Assembly (NCBI GenBank): GCA_937988825.1
Contig: CALKHT010000056.1
Coordinates: forward strand, 1-64,000
Source: an uncultured Phycisphaeraceae bacterium
GTDB taxonomy: Bacteria; Planctomycetota; Phycisphaerae; Phycisphaerales; Phycisphaeraceae
Reading direction: 5' to 3'
Length of the DNA: 64,000 bases
Shown: positions 38,777 to 48,475 of the stretch, piece after piece
How positions within the stretch are numbered: the first letter of the stretch is position 1
Layout of the letters: each line of letters opens with the position of its first letter
Notes under the pieces: generated by a model
Databases searched by the model: none
Told to the model about the DNA's origin: nothing
The model's input: only the letters and a program-made list of their open reading frames with translations
Position numbers and translations under genes: made by a program

Positions 38777-38849
38777 GCGGGCGTAACTCAATTGGTAGAG
38801 TGTCAGCCTTCCAAGCTGAATGTTGCCGGTTCGAGCCCGGTCGCCCGCT
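38777..38849 (+). tRNA. tRNA-Gly (anticodon UCC)
   Basis: Manual fold: acceptor GCGGGCG/CGCCCGC, D-arm ACTC-AATTGGTA-GAGT, anticodon stem TCAGC/GCTGA with loop CTTCCAA (U33, anticodon TCC, A37), T-arm GCCGG-TTCGAGC-CCGGT. Confidence 0.85.
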
Positions 38850-39049
38850 TTTCTGACCATTTCGCAACCCGGGAATGACAGGTAATAGCAAGCGAGGCAG
38901 CTGCCTTATCCAATGCTCTGGCAAAGGGTCAGAGTACCTGTGCCAAGCCGGTCGATCGGCCCTCAGATGCGCCAGATCACGCCGCCACCTCTAAGAAAAA
39001 GTGTGATATGACATGTCAAAAAATTCACAAATATTGAAAAATCCACTAT

Positions 39050-39093
39050 TGACACCATGGTTTTGACATGTCATCATCAGGTTCCGCCATATA
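39050..39093 (+). promoter_or_regulatory. Candidate sigma70-like promoter in an AT-rich region, flanked by two TGACATGTCA palindromes
   Basis: TTGACA hexamers at 39050 and 39063 with CATATAC about 18-19 nt downstream. Perfect 10-bp palindrome TGACATGTCA at 39009-39018 and 39064-39073. Confidence 0.35.
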
Positions 39094-39178
39094 CCCTGGC
39101 GGGAATGACTGGCCGAGCCGCCTTCATTTTTGTGTGCTCGGTTGACTGGGGAGATGGCCTCGACGCAAGTGCGGGGCT

Positions 39179-41311
39179 GTGAACGAGCTGCCCGAAGCAG
39201 CGGACCCATTCCGAACTACTTTGTACAACAAGAGGTGCACCGTGCGAGAACTCAGACACTACGGGGTGGCGATTCTCATTGGCCTGGCGTTCGCGCACGT
39301 GGCTGCCGGCGCGATCACCGTGGACACCAACGCCCTGACGATCACGGGCGACGGCGACGACGACCCATATGCCTTCAAGGGTGTGCCGTTCTACGCCGAG
39401 GTGGTCGATGGGATTGCGCGGTTCTACATCGCGGGCAACATGTACCTGGACGCGGGGGAGATTCTGCGCGGGGCAGGTAATCGGCCAGCTTCCTTTATTG
39501 TCGGCGGCGATGCCTCAATTGCCCCTAGCGCAAAGATTGATTTTTCAGCCTACGGACGCGTGGCGGTGGGTGGTGGCGGCGACGGCGGCTTCGGGGGTTA
39601 CGGCGGCGAAGGTGGACTGGGTGGTGCTCACCCGGTGCTGATCGACGGCTACCGCGTCGGCGGTGAAGGTGGAGCCGGAGGACAAAACGGTGATGTGGGT
39701 TCAGATCGCACTGGTGGCCACGACCGCTACGGCGAACCGGGCCAACCGGGCCAGGGCGGATATCACGGACAAGGTGGAAAGCAAGGGGCCCCTGCCGGCT
39801 ACGGCCAGCACGGGTTCAACAACGACTACTGGCCCCTGGCCCCCGAACAACCGACGCCCGGCGGCCCCGGTGCCCTGGCACTTTCTTCCGGCGGTCACGG
39901 CGGTGCGGGTGGCGCGATCGATTGGATCCTTTACGTTTTGGGCGAAATCCCAGTAGGCACCCTAGACAACGCAACGCCGGGTGGACAGGGGCCGAACGGA
40001 TTCAACGGAACCCCCGGCGCGAATGGTGCCGATGGTCAGGGCGGAAAGCACTGGGCTGCGAACCCCACCGACCTGGTGGGTGGCAACGGCGGTGAAGGTG
40101 GGGCTGGTGGTGGCGGCGGCGGCGGTGGATCCAGCGGCGCCGGCGGTGGCGGCGGCGGGGCCGGCGGCGACGGTGGTGAAGGGTTCGGCAAGGGCGGCAA
40201 AGGTGGCTGGGGTGGAGCCGGTGGCGATGGCGGCAACGGCGGTAGCGGCGGCGATGGCGGCGGCGGCGGCGGTGCCTTCGAGCTGTATGTCTTTGGCCGG
40301 CTGACGATCTCCGGCGAACTGCTCGCCCGAGGTGGCTACGGCGTCATGGGAGAACCCGGCTCCGACGGTTGGCACGGTACCTCCGGAAATCCTGGTCAAG
40401 CTGGTGAGTACCAGGACAATCTCATCATCGATTTCACCGGCGATGACGGTGCAGTCGGCGGCTGGGGCGGTAACGGCGGCTGGGGCGGCGATGGCGGTAA
40501 CGGCGGTCGCGGCGGCGGCGGCGCTGGCGGCACCATCAAGATCATCGCCACCCAACTCTCCTTCCGTGGCAACCCGGTATTCGACACCCAGGGTGGCAAT
40601 CATGACACGAGCAGCGCGGGTGACGATGGCCGCGTCATCTTCGGTGCCAACCTCCCCTACACCGTGCTGGGCCAGACGGTCGCGCAGAGCACCTACCACA
40701 CCACCGGGCCCTACAGCCGAAATCCCCTGGCCAGCAGCGCATCTCAACCCGTCTACGCACCGCGCATGCTTGACATCGTTGGCGGCGCGGATTCGTATGG
40801 GCTGCACCTGTTCCTCAATGCCCATTCACTTACGGGCGAGCTGGGTGATCTCGTCACAGCAGTACGTGACGCCGGCCACGTTGCGCTGCTCGTTAAACTC
40901 GACAGCAGCGTGCAACTTACCGGTGGCGAATACCTCGGACACGATGTGTACGCGCTCATCAACCTCACCGATGAGCCGATCACCAATCCCATGCTGAAGC
41001 TGTCCGCTCTCAGCGAACTGCAACCACTGCTCATCGGCGGCTGGATGAACGACCCGAACTTTGGCGGCAGCGGTCCGCAAGCGCTGACGGAACTTGATGC
41101 CTACGCCATCTACCTCGCTCTCATTCCCGAAGAATACATTGGCGAAGGAGCCGTCCACATCGAATGGCGCGGCGAGCAGTGGGGCGGCTACTGGACCGAC
41201 CTGCAGGCCGGCAGCAACGTTGCCTACGCACTGGGCATCATCCCCGAACCCAGCACTGGGGTGATCGTGATGGCACTCGGCGCCGCCATGCTGCGACGCC
41301 GACGCCGGTGA
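39179..41311 (+). CDS. Glycine-rich secreted repeat protein with C-terminal PEP-CTERM sorting signal
   Basis: N-terminal signal-like ILIGLAFAHVAAGA; long GGxGGxGG repeat tracts; C-terminal ...GIIPEPSTGVIVMALGAAMLRRRRR (PEP motif, TM helix, Arg cluster). Confidence 0.75.
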   Translation: MNELPEAADPFRTTLYNKRCTVRELRHYGVAILIGLAFAHVAAGAITVDTNALTITGDGDDDPYAFKGVPFYAEVVDGIARFYIAGNMYLDAGEILRGAGNRPASFIVGGDASIAPSAKIDFSAYGRVAVGGGGDGGFGGYGGEGGLGGAHPVLIDGYRVGGEGGAGGQNGDVGSDRTGGHDRYGEPGQPGQGGYHGQGGKQGAPAGYGQHGFNNDYWPLAPEQPTPGGPGALALSSGGHGGAGGAIDWILYVLGEIPVGTLDNATPGGQGPNGFNGTPGANGADGQGGKHWAANPTDLVGGNGGEGGAGGGGGGGGSSGAGGGGGGAGGDGGEGFGKGGKGGWGGAGGDGGNGGSGGDGGGGGGAFELYVFGRLTISGELLARGGYGVMGEPGSDGWHGTSGNPGQAGEYQDNLIIDFTGDDGAVGGWGGNGGWGGDGGNGGRGGGGAGGTIKIIATQLSFRGNPVFDTQGGNHDTSSAGDDGRVIFGANLPYTVLGQTVAQSTYHTTGPYSRNPLASSASQPVYAPRMLDIVGGADSYGLHLFLNAHSLTGELGDLVTAVRDAGHVALLVKLDSSVQLTGGEYLGHDVYALINLTDEPITNPMLKLSALSELQPLLIGGWMNDPNFGGSGPQALTELDAYAIYLALIPEEYIGEGAVHIEWRGEQWGGYWTDLQAGSNVAYALGIIPEPSTGVIVMALGAAMLRRRRR

Positions 41312-41401
41312 ACGGTATGGGCGGCAGCGCACACTGATTGCAGTTGAATGACAAATGCCAGATGACGAACGCCACGATTGGCAGAGCTTCGTCATTCGCC
41401 T

Positions 41402-42460
41402 TTAGGTATTCGTCATTCCTTCCTCCCTGCTCACCGTGATGCGCCATCGATCCCGCCCTATCTGCTCCATCGCGACCGACACGTCCAGGAATTGGCCGAT
41501 CAGCTCGGCGTGTGTTGTGGTGTGGAGGCTGGGCTTGAGCGTGATGTATGAGCCGCGGCCGGCGATCGCCAGCGGTAGCAGCAACTGGTCAGCCAGGTAC
41601 TCACCCACCGGCACATCCGCGCTCAGATAGCGCTGGCACTGCATGATTGCCCGGCTGGCTACCTTTTCCGCCGGCACGCCACGCTCGCCGAATCCCGCGA
41701 ACAACTCCGTGATGTGCTCGCTCGCCACCGCCAGCATCACGATGTTGCCCGGGCCCGGCGTATCGCGATGTTCCACGACGTGCAGTGAATCCTCCGGCCA
41801 GTCCAGTTGCGACCGCACCTCGTTCAGCTCGCGCTCCGCAATGTGCCTCGGCAGGTTGGCAACAATGGCGGTCGCCCTTCGGATGCGAATCGCGCCGCGT
41901 TCGAGCAGATCGAAACCAAGTAATTTGCCCGTCGTGCTCGGCTCGATGTGAACAGTGAAGCGTCCGCCGCCAGCCGGATAGAACCCCGGCCGTTCGAGCG
42001 ACACCGTCACACGCGGCCCCATCCGGTTGACCAGCGGCAGATACACCTGCTCCAGAAAGTCGTACGGCGGCGCAAACGGATTATGCGTGCCACCCTCCAG
42101 TGTCAGGATCGACGCTTCCTTCGCCAGCACCAGCGCAGGCAGCACCGTCTGCAGCACAAGTGTCGTGCTTCCAGCCGTTCCAACGTTGAAGTGATACTCC
42201 CTGCTATGCACCTTCCCCGGTGTAAACGAAAGCGCAGCCGACCCCACCGCATCGCCCTGCACCTCAGCCGCGCACACCTGCGCCGCTGCCCGCACCGCCG
42301 TCAGATGCTGCCGCATCAACCCCGGCTTCGGCCGCCGCGCGCGAATCCGCTCCATCCGAAACGGCGTCCCGGTCACCATGCTCAGCGCCAGTGCCGACCG
42401 CAACACCTGCCCACCGCCCTCCCCGCGCGAGCCATCAATTGTCACAGCACCCATTTTCAT
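41402..42460 (-). CDS. rtcA: RNA 3'-terminal phosphate cyclase
   Basis: MKMGAVTIDGSRGEGGGQVLRSALALSMVTGTPFRMERIRARRPKPGLMRQHLTAVRAA... and the HxGxG region (FNVGTAGSTTLVLQTVLPAL). Confidence 0.85.
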   Translation of the reverse strand: MKMGAVTIDGSRGEGGGQVLRSALALSMVTGTPFRMERIRARRPKPGLMRQHLTAVRAAAQVCAAEVQGDAVGSAALSFTPGKVHSREYHFNVGTAGSTTLVLQTVLPALVLAKEASILTLEGGTHNPFAPPYDFLEQVYLPLVNRMGPRVTVSLERPGFYPAGGGRFTVHIEPSTTGKLLGFDLLERGAIRIRRATAIVANLPRHIAERELNEVRSQLDWPEDSLHVVEHRDTPGPGNIVMLAVASEHITELFAGFGERGVPAEKVASRAIMQCQRYLSADVPVGEYLADQLLLPLAIAGRGSYITLKPSLHTTTHAELIGQFLDVSVAMEQIGRDRWRITVSREEGMTNT

Positions 42461-42826
42461 GGGGTTCAGTATCGCTTCCCTCCACCCCTGTTCAATGAAA
42501 TGAGTCAGTATGGTTCAAACCTTCGATGGTTCTCCGACGGCTACAAAGCGAGTGAATGCTGGCGTTTCAAATGCATCAGCATCATCAATACCGCCGACAA
42601 CCGCGATAATGTCACCCCCTTCACCAAAGCCTGATCACCATCTCAGCCCAACACCCTCTAGGGGTTCACTTCTCATTTCCAACCTTCACAACCGATTAAG
42701 ATGCCGCTTTATGTCCTCATTACCGGATGTGTTGATGTCAAATCGATCGGATCTTGTGAATAAGTCACAGGCTTATCCCATTAGCCATCTGCCGCGCAAC
42801 TCTTAGACATCCCAACGTCATCCCCC

Positions 42827-43753
42827 TCATTCCGCGAACATCGCCTCGACAAATCGTGCGGGGTCGAAGGGTTGGACGTCTTCGGGGCGTTCGCCGACGC
42901 CGATGAATTTGACGGGGATGTTCAGTTCCTCGCGGATGGCGACGACGATGCCGCCGCGGGCGGTGCCGTCGAGTTTGGCCAGGAAAATGCCGGTCACGTC
43001 GATCGCTTCGGTAAAGACCTTGGCCTGATTGATGGCGTTCTGGCCGGTGGTGGCGTCGAGAACGAGGATGACTTCGTGCGGGGCGCCGGGGATTTTCTTG
43101 TTCACCACGTTGCGGATCTTGGTGAGCTGACGCATGAGGTGGTCCTGCGTGTGCAGGCGGCCGGCGGTGTCGACGATGAGCACATCCACGCCGCGCGCCA
43201 GTGCCGCATCGCAGGCGTCGAAGGCGACGGCTGCAGGGTCGCCGCCCTGCTTGCCCTTGATCACATCGACGCCCAGACGCTTGGACCAGATTTCCAGTTG
43301 CTCCACCGCTGCGGCGCGGAACGTGTCGCACGCAGCGAGCATGACCGACCTGCCCTCGTCGCGCAGACTCTTGGCGATCTTGGCGATGCTGGTCGTCTTG
43401 CCCGCGCCGTTCACCCCCGCGACGAGGATGACCGTCGGCGTGCCCGGCTCGGCAAAATGAAGCTGGCGATCCTCCTGCGGCCAGTAGGCGCTGAGCTGAT
43501 TCTTGAGGTATTCCAGAGCGTCGTCGCCGGTCTCGATCTCGCTGCGTTCCCAGGCGGCCCGCAGGTCGGCCACCAGTTCCATGCTTGTGCGCACGCCGAT
43601 GTCCGACTGGATCATCCGCGCTTCCAGTTCGTCGAGCAGTTCAGCAGAAAGCTGCTTGCCGGTGAGGATGGTGCGCAGTGAACCGACGAACCCCTGCCGC
43701 GTGCGCGTCAGGCCCTGTTTGATCTTCTCGAAAGCGGCTTTGAATAGACCCAT
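42827..43753 (-). CDS. ftsY: Signal recognition particle receptor FtsY (NG domain only)
   Basis: [18 protein letters not shown] (G1), DTAGRLH (G3), and the [22 protein letters not shown] region; 308 aa. Confidence 0.85.
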   Translation of the reverse strand: MGLFKAAFEKIKQGLTRTRQGFVGSLRTILTGKQLSAELLDELEARMIQSDIGVRTSMELVADLRAAWERSEIETGDDALEYLKNQLSAYWPQEDRQLHFAEPGTPTVILVAGVNGAGKTTSIAKIAKSLRDEGRSVMLAACDTFRAAAVEQLEIWSKRLGVDVIKGKQGGDPAAVAFDACDAALARGVDVLIVDTAGRLHTQDHLMRQLTKIRNVVNKKIPGAPHEVILVLDATTGQNAINQAKVFTEAIDVTGIFLAKLDGTARGGIVVAIREELNIPVKFIGVGERPEDVQPFDPARFVEAMFAE

Positions 43754-43888
43754 ATCACCTGAATCTTAGCAAAGCCCGGGACGGGAGGATGCGGAGGAGG
43801 GAGGGGAACAGAAGGCCGCGGAGGGGAGAAAGAATTGGAGGGAGGGGTTCTGACGACGCAGCGTTTGCCCGGCGGATAAACTGCCGCC

Positions 43889-44758
43889 ATGGAACTGCGA
43901 TTTCCGCATGGTCACACACTGGCGCTGGATCGACCCCGAATCATGGGGGTGCTGAATGTGACGCCGGACAGCTTTTCCGATGGCGGGCGGTTCACCGATC
44001 TGTCCGCTGCACTCGCCCACGCCGGGGCGATGCTCGACGAGGGCGTGGACATCGTCGACATCGGCGGGGAATCGACCCGGCCCGGGTCGCAGCGCGTTGG
44101 CGCGGCTGAGCAGATCGCCCGCGTGGGGCCGGTGGTGACGGCGGTGCGGCGACTGATCGATGAGCGGGGCGCATCGGCTGCGATCAGCATCGACACGACG
44201 CTCGCCCCCGTGGCCGAAGCGGCACTCGACGCTGGTGCCGACATGCTCAACGACATTTCCGCCGGGCGGGATGACCCGGGCATGTTCGAGCTGGCAGCCC
44301 GGCGAGGTGTGCCGATCGCGATCATGCACATGCTGGGCGAGCCGGCCACCATGCAGGTCAACCCTACCTATACCGATGTGGTGGCCGAGGTGCGGGCCTT
44401 CCTGCTGGAACGTGCGGCTGCGGCTGAGCGGGCAGGCGTCGACCGCTCCCAGATCGTCATCGACCCGGGTATTGGCTTCGGCAAGACGCTCGACCACAAC
44501 CTCACCCTGCTGGCCCACCTGGATGAGTTGGTGGCGACGGGCTACCCGGTTCTGCTGGGCACCTCCCGCAAGCGATTCCTGCGCATGATCTGCGGCATCG
44601 GGGAGGCTGGGCCATCAACGGAACTGGCGATCGCAACCAGCGCAACCACAGCCCTGGGTGTCGCGGCGGGTGTGCGGCTGTTCCGCGTCCACGATGTGTC
44701 GCCAAACCGCATTGCAGCCGACGTCGCCTGGGCGGTCTCGCAATCACGGAATCCCTGA
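43889..44758 (+). CDS. folP: Dihydropteroate synthase
   Basis: IMGVLNVTPDSFSDGG, DIVDIGGESTRPG, pterin-binding barrel motifs; 289 aa. Confidence 0.85.
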   Translation: MELRFPHGHTLALDRPRIMGVLNVTPDSFSDGGRFTDLSAALAHAGAMLDEGVDIVDIGGESTRPGSQRVGAAEQIARVGPVVTAVRRLIDERGASAAISIDTTLAPVAEAALDAGADMLNDISAGRDDPGMFELAARRGVPIAIMHMLGEPATMQVNPTYTDVVAEVRAFLLERAAAAERAGVDRSQIVIDPGIGFGKTLDHNLTLLAHLDELVATGYPVLLGTSRKRFLRMICGIGEAGPSTELAIATSATTALGVAAGVRLFRVHDVSPNRIAADVAWAVSQSRNP

Positions 44759-44896
44759 GCGAGGGCTGTCACCGCCTGGGGTCACATCGACCGTCATAGA
44801 AAAGCACAACGCCGGGGCACCGTGCGGCCTCGGGGTGAACAATCACCTACGAGGTCCGTGCGGCGTCCCGGCGTTGCTGAAAAGTCATCCGCCCAA

Positions 44897-45247
44897 TTAC
44901 TTGGAGGCGTACTGCTCGGGTTCAGCCTTGAACTTGGCCACGCAGTTCTTGCAGCAGAAGCCGTACACCTTGCCGTTGTAGGAAACGCGCATGCCCTCCG
45001 TGGGGATCGCCTTACCGGAGACGAGGCACTCGGCGTTCACCGGCACCGCATCGTCCGCTGCATCGCTCACGCTCGCACCGGCATCATCCGAGGGAGCTTC
45101 GGGCGTTTCAGGGGCCTCGGGTGTTTCGGGCGTCGGCGTCTGGGGGGCAGGCTGCCGCTCACGGCTGCCGCTCGATTCGGATTCGCCGCCGCACGCGGTC
45201 AGACAGAAGCAAAGCATCAGGGCTGCCAAGAGGCTCAGGTAACGCAT
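44897..45247 (-). CDS. YHS-domain lipoprotein (putative metal-binding)
   Basis: Lipobox CFCLTAC; PETPEAPETPEAP low-complexity linker; C-terminal CLVSGKAIPTEGMRVSYNGKVYGFCCKNCVAKFKAEPEQY (YHS/TRASH-like). Confidence 0.6.
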   Translation of the reverse strand: MRYLSLLAALMLCFCLTACGGESESSGSRERQPAPQTPTPETPEAPETPEAPSDDAGASVSDAADDAVPVNAECLVSGKAIPTEGMRVSYNGKVYGFCCKNCVAKFKAEPEQYASK

Positions 45248-45755
45248 CGTCGTCTCCTTTCAGAAAGTCGCAGAATGGAAGCCACCGGATGAATGTTGCC
45301 GTCATTATACAGGGTTGAACCGCCTCGAGTTGAAGGAAATCAGGAAAAAGCAAACGACAGGTCGCATTGACTTTTTCGTACCACCCGTGCCTTCTCCTTA
45401 ATTAGTGTCGATTCGCGTTCAGTTCGCGGTTCTCAAACCCATTCCGAACGCCTCCCGAACAGCAAAGACCGGTTACTGGACGTGTCTGGCGTGTGAAATC
45501 AGCGCTAATATTCGGCCGATTACCGGACGCCCGGCGGCGTTTCTGAACGTAAACATTTGTGTTTTCTGGGTTAACCGAGCTGACGGGTGAAAGAAGAATC
45601 CTTCAAGCCTGCGCGGGGTCTTGGGCGATAGTTCTAGTGTAGAAGGTAAAACTGCACTCCCTGTGGAAAACCTGTAGAATTGGCGAAGCGTGGCGTGACA
45701 CGCGGCCGCTACCCCCGGGTTGCCGGGGCCCGAGGGATGTGCCTGAGGAGTTCGA

Positions 45756-46034
45756 GTGATGAACGACATTGGCCCAATCGGATCGGCAGGAGCCGCAGCC
45801 CTGGGGCCCGCCGGCCGCCCCGGACGCCCCAGCGTCAGGACCGAGCCACCCGCCCGCCGAGGCAGTGACAGCGTCGAACTGTCTCAGCACGCCCGCCTGC
45901 TGAGCAAACTGGCCAAACTGCCCGACATCCGCCAGGATCTGGTCGACCGTGTCCGCCAGCAGATCGCCGACGGCACCTACGAAACCGCTGAAAAGATCGA
46001 CATTGCGATCGACAACCTCATTGAGGATCTGTGA
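45756..46034 (+). CDS. flgM: Anti-sigma-28 factor FlgM
   Basis: 92 aa; disordered N-terminus and C-terminal ...IRQDLVDRVRQQIADGTYETAEKIDIAIDNLIEDL, the typical FlgM C-terminal helix pattern. Confidence 0.7.
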   Translation: MMNDIGPIGSAGAAALGPAGRPGRPSVRTEPPARRGSDSVELSQHARLLSKLAKLPDIRQDLVDRVRQQIADGTYETAEKIDIAIDNLIEDL

Positions 46035-46091
46035 TTCATCACTGCTGACACAGTGGTTACATCCACCGCACAGAAACAATTAAATCGATAG

Positions 46092-46121
46092 AAAACCGCC
46101 GGTTTATCCGGCGGTTTTTTT
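46092..46121 (+). terminator. Rho-independent terminator (A-tract/GC hairpin/T-tract) downstream of flgM
   Basis: AAAACCGCCGG-TTTAT-CCGGCGG-TTTTTTT: 7-bp GC stem, 5-nt loop, 7 T. Confidence 0.75.
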
Positions 46122-46330
46122 ATTGACGATCGAATGATTTCTCACCTCGTCAACTGCGAAAATTCGACGTAGAACCGCGAATAAACACGAATGAACACGA
46201 ATTAGGCGAAAACATCTCCCCCTCCATTCATTCGCGTCTCTTCGCGTTTATTCGCGGTTGACAATTCAGTCTTATACCTGACATGGTCGCTGAAACGACA
46301 AAGCCGATCATTGATGATTGATTACTCCAC

Positions 46331-47467
46331 TCAGCTCTTCTCCCGATACTCCGTCGGGCTCATGCCCACGAGGCGGTGGAAGGTGCTGGTGAAGTGGCCG
46401 TGGCTGGCGAAGCCGGCTCTTGTGGCGATGGTGCCGATGGGCAGTCGCGTCGAGCGCAGCAGCCACTTGGCCACCTGCAACTGTTTGCCCTGCAGGTAAT
46501 GCTTGGGACTCACGCCCACCTGCTTGGAGAACATGCGGTGGAAGTGGAACGGACTGATATGCACCGCCTGGGCGATGCGCGACAGCGACGGCGACTGCTG
46601 ATACTCCTCGTGCATGAAGGCGATCGCACGGGCGATGCGTTCATCAGGCACAACCGACACGGTGGGCAGGTCGCCCTGTTCCAGCGGCCGCAGCTCGATG
46701 TACCAGTGCACCGCGTCGGGCGAATCGATCATGCGCCGGCGGGTCGCGCGGATCCAGTAGGGCTGATCCGCCAGCTTGATGGCGAAATCGCGCGTCACGT
46801 TGTCCGCCAGGTTCGGCCAGCGCTGCTGGATGATCGGGTGCATCTGCTGCAGCAGGTCATCGAGCATGCCCGGCTGCGTGAGCAGTGTGGCGGAGGTCTG
46901 CGGGTCCGCCAGGATGAGGCGGTTGTCGTGTCCGATGAGGATGCGGCCGCAGTCCGCCTCATCAGGACGGTTGAATATGGTCTGCCACGAGCGCAGGATC
47001 AGTTCGCCCTGTCGCTGCTCGTGCTCGTTGAACGATTCGTTGCGTCGCGCCAGGAGCATCCACCACCATCGCTGCTCGATGAGCGATTCAGGAGCCACGA
47101 CCATCATGACGTGGACCGATTCGCAGAGGGTGGATCGCTCTTCGGGTGGCGAATCCGGCCCGCAGATGGCGACGCCGCGCTTCTTGGCCGCTGCCAGCAA
47201 TGGATCGGTCTTTTGTTCCTGCTCAAACCAGTTGCGCAGGACATCGCTGGCCAGTCCGTGACTGATCAGCACTTCGTCGATCCATGGTTTTCGTCCGTGC
47301 AGGACGCCCACAGCAAGAGCGTCGCACGCGATCTGCGAGCTGACTTCCTGGTAGCACGCTTCGGCGCTACCGCTCCATGGGGTGGTGTGCCCGGTCGTGA
47401 TGTCTGGCGGCCTGATCATGTTGCACCATCCGGTGGGTTTTGACCCCCGGAGAAGCACCGCTCGCAC
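46331..47467 (-). CDS. AraC-family transcriptional regulator
   Basis: C-terminal dual HTH (SLSRIAQAVHISPFHFHRMFSKQVGVSPKHY...IGTIATRAGFASHGHFTSTFHRLVGMSPTEYR); N-terminal ligand-binding-like domain. Confidence 0.8.
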   Translation of the reverse strand: MRAVLLRGSKPTGWCNMIRPPDITTGHTTPWSGSAEACYQEVSSQIACDALAVGVLHGRKPWIDEVLISHGLASDVLRNWFEQEQKTDPLLAAAKKRGVAICGPDSPPEERSTLCESVHVMMVVAPESLIEQRWWWMLLARRNESFNEHEQRQGELILRSWQTIFNRPDEADCGRILIGHDNRLILADPQTSATLLTQPGMLDDLLQQMHPIIQQRWPNLADNVTRDFAIKLADQPYWIRATRRRMIDSPDAVHWYIELRPLEQGDLPTVSVVPDERIARAIAFMHEEYQQSPSLSRIAQAVHISPFHFHRMFSKQVGVSPKHYLQGKQLQVAKWLLRSTRLPIGTIATRAGFASHGHFTSTFHRLVGMSPTEYREKS

Positions 47468-47748
47468 CAGTCGTTAACCCGGGCTGGGGCATGTCTTGCC
47501 CGACGCTTTCCTGCGGCAGCGTCACGAACGGGCAGGACCTCGGCCGCAATCCCCTTCCTGGAGCCTCCGACTCGAACGAGGAGCCGCTTCTCCGAGTACC
47601 GGACCGGACGAGGCGGCGCTGTCCGCAAGCCGTGGCAGCACGCCGCTCCAACTCGCCGCACGCCCGATTTCGCCCGGGCGGGTCCGGCTGTCGCAGAATC
47701 ATATACGCAAGAAGGGTCAAGGTGAAACGTCGAAATGAATTCTTTTTA

Positions 47749-48306
47749 TCAGTCTTGCACCGACCCTTCCCCGGTGGGTGGATTCTCCAGTCGCCAGTCA
47801 TACCGACCGTCGCGGCAGTCAATATGTGCGGCGAAAAAACGCCCCCGGAACCGCCGAAACAGCGGCCAGATCACCTTTCGGTCTGTTTCAGGGATCGCCA
47901 GCGACTCCACCGCCTCGAGGTCGTGCCACTCCAACCGCCCCTCTTCAAAGGTCATGCGCTCGACCCGTACCGGCCGAGTGACTTCATAAAGGAACATCAA
48001 CCAATGAGTGCGATTGTCGAAGGCGGTCTCCGAGACGATGCCGGTGAGGTGAATGTCCGCCAGCGGCACCTCGATGCCCGCCTCTTCGCGAATCTCGCGC
48101 AGGGCACAGGCGGTCGGGCTTTCGCCGGCCACCATGTCCAGCTTTCCCCCGATGGGCGAATAAAGATCCTGGTTCGGCTCCTTCCACCGATGCAGCAGCA
48201 GCACCCGCCCCTGCTCATCGAAGAGATAGCACAGCACAGCAATTTTGTAGGGCAATGGATTCACGGGGAGGATGATAGGTGGAAGGGGAGAATAAGCAAT
48301 AAGCAA
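47749..48306 (-). CDS. NUDIX hydrolase
   Basis: NUDIX box GGKLDMVAGESPTACALREIREEAGIEV; 185 aa. Confidence 0.75.
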   Translation of the reverse strand: MLIAYSPLPPIILPVNPLPYKIAVLCYLFDEQGRVLLLHRWKEPNQDLYSPIGGKLDMVAGESPTACALREIREEAGIEVPLADIHLTGIVSETAFDNRTHWLMFLYEVTRPVRVERMTFEEGRLEWHDLEAVESLAIPETDRKVIWPLFRRFRGRFFAAHIDCRDGRYDWRLENPPTGEGSVQD

Positions 48307-48475
48307 TGGTCAATAAGCAATTGTAAATGGCGCTGAACCATTACCCATTGCCAATTGCTTATTCAACCGCGACAAGTCGCGTCGCCTCGTAAGAAGCTCG
48401 CGGAAAGCAGGTATCGTGGTAGTCGCAAGATGCGCCTACACGTCATCAAACACCCAATCGCCCGATTCCTCGCCC

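Noticed and set aside
38684-38878. + ORF (64 aa) spanning the tRNA-Gly
   Set aside because: Overlaps a confidently folded tRNA gene; spurious.
39500-40560. Repetitive GGxGGx DNA considered as a possible CRISPR or tandem-repeat array
   Set aside because: Repeats are degenerate coding repeats within one ORF, with no regular repeat-spacer periodicity.
39962-40825. Minus-strand ORF (287 aa, Ala/Gly-rich) and Pro-rich ORF 40036..40236
   Set aside because: Antisense to the Gly-rich PEP-CTERM gene; GGC/GCC repeats read as poly-Ala/Pro on the other strand.
46376-48336. + ORFs 46376..47443 (355 aa) and 47440..48336 (298 aa)
   Set aside because: Antisense to the AraC regulator and NUDIX genes, which have clear motifs.
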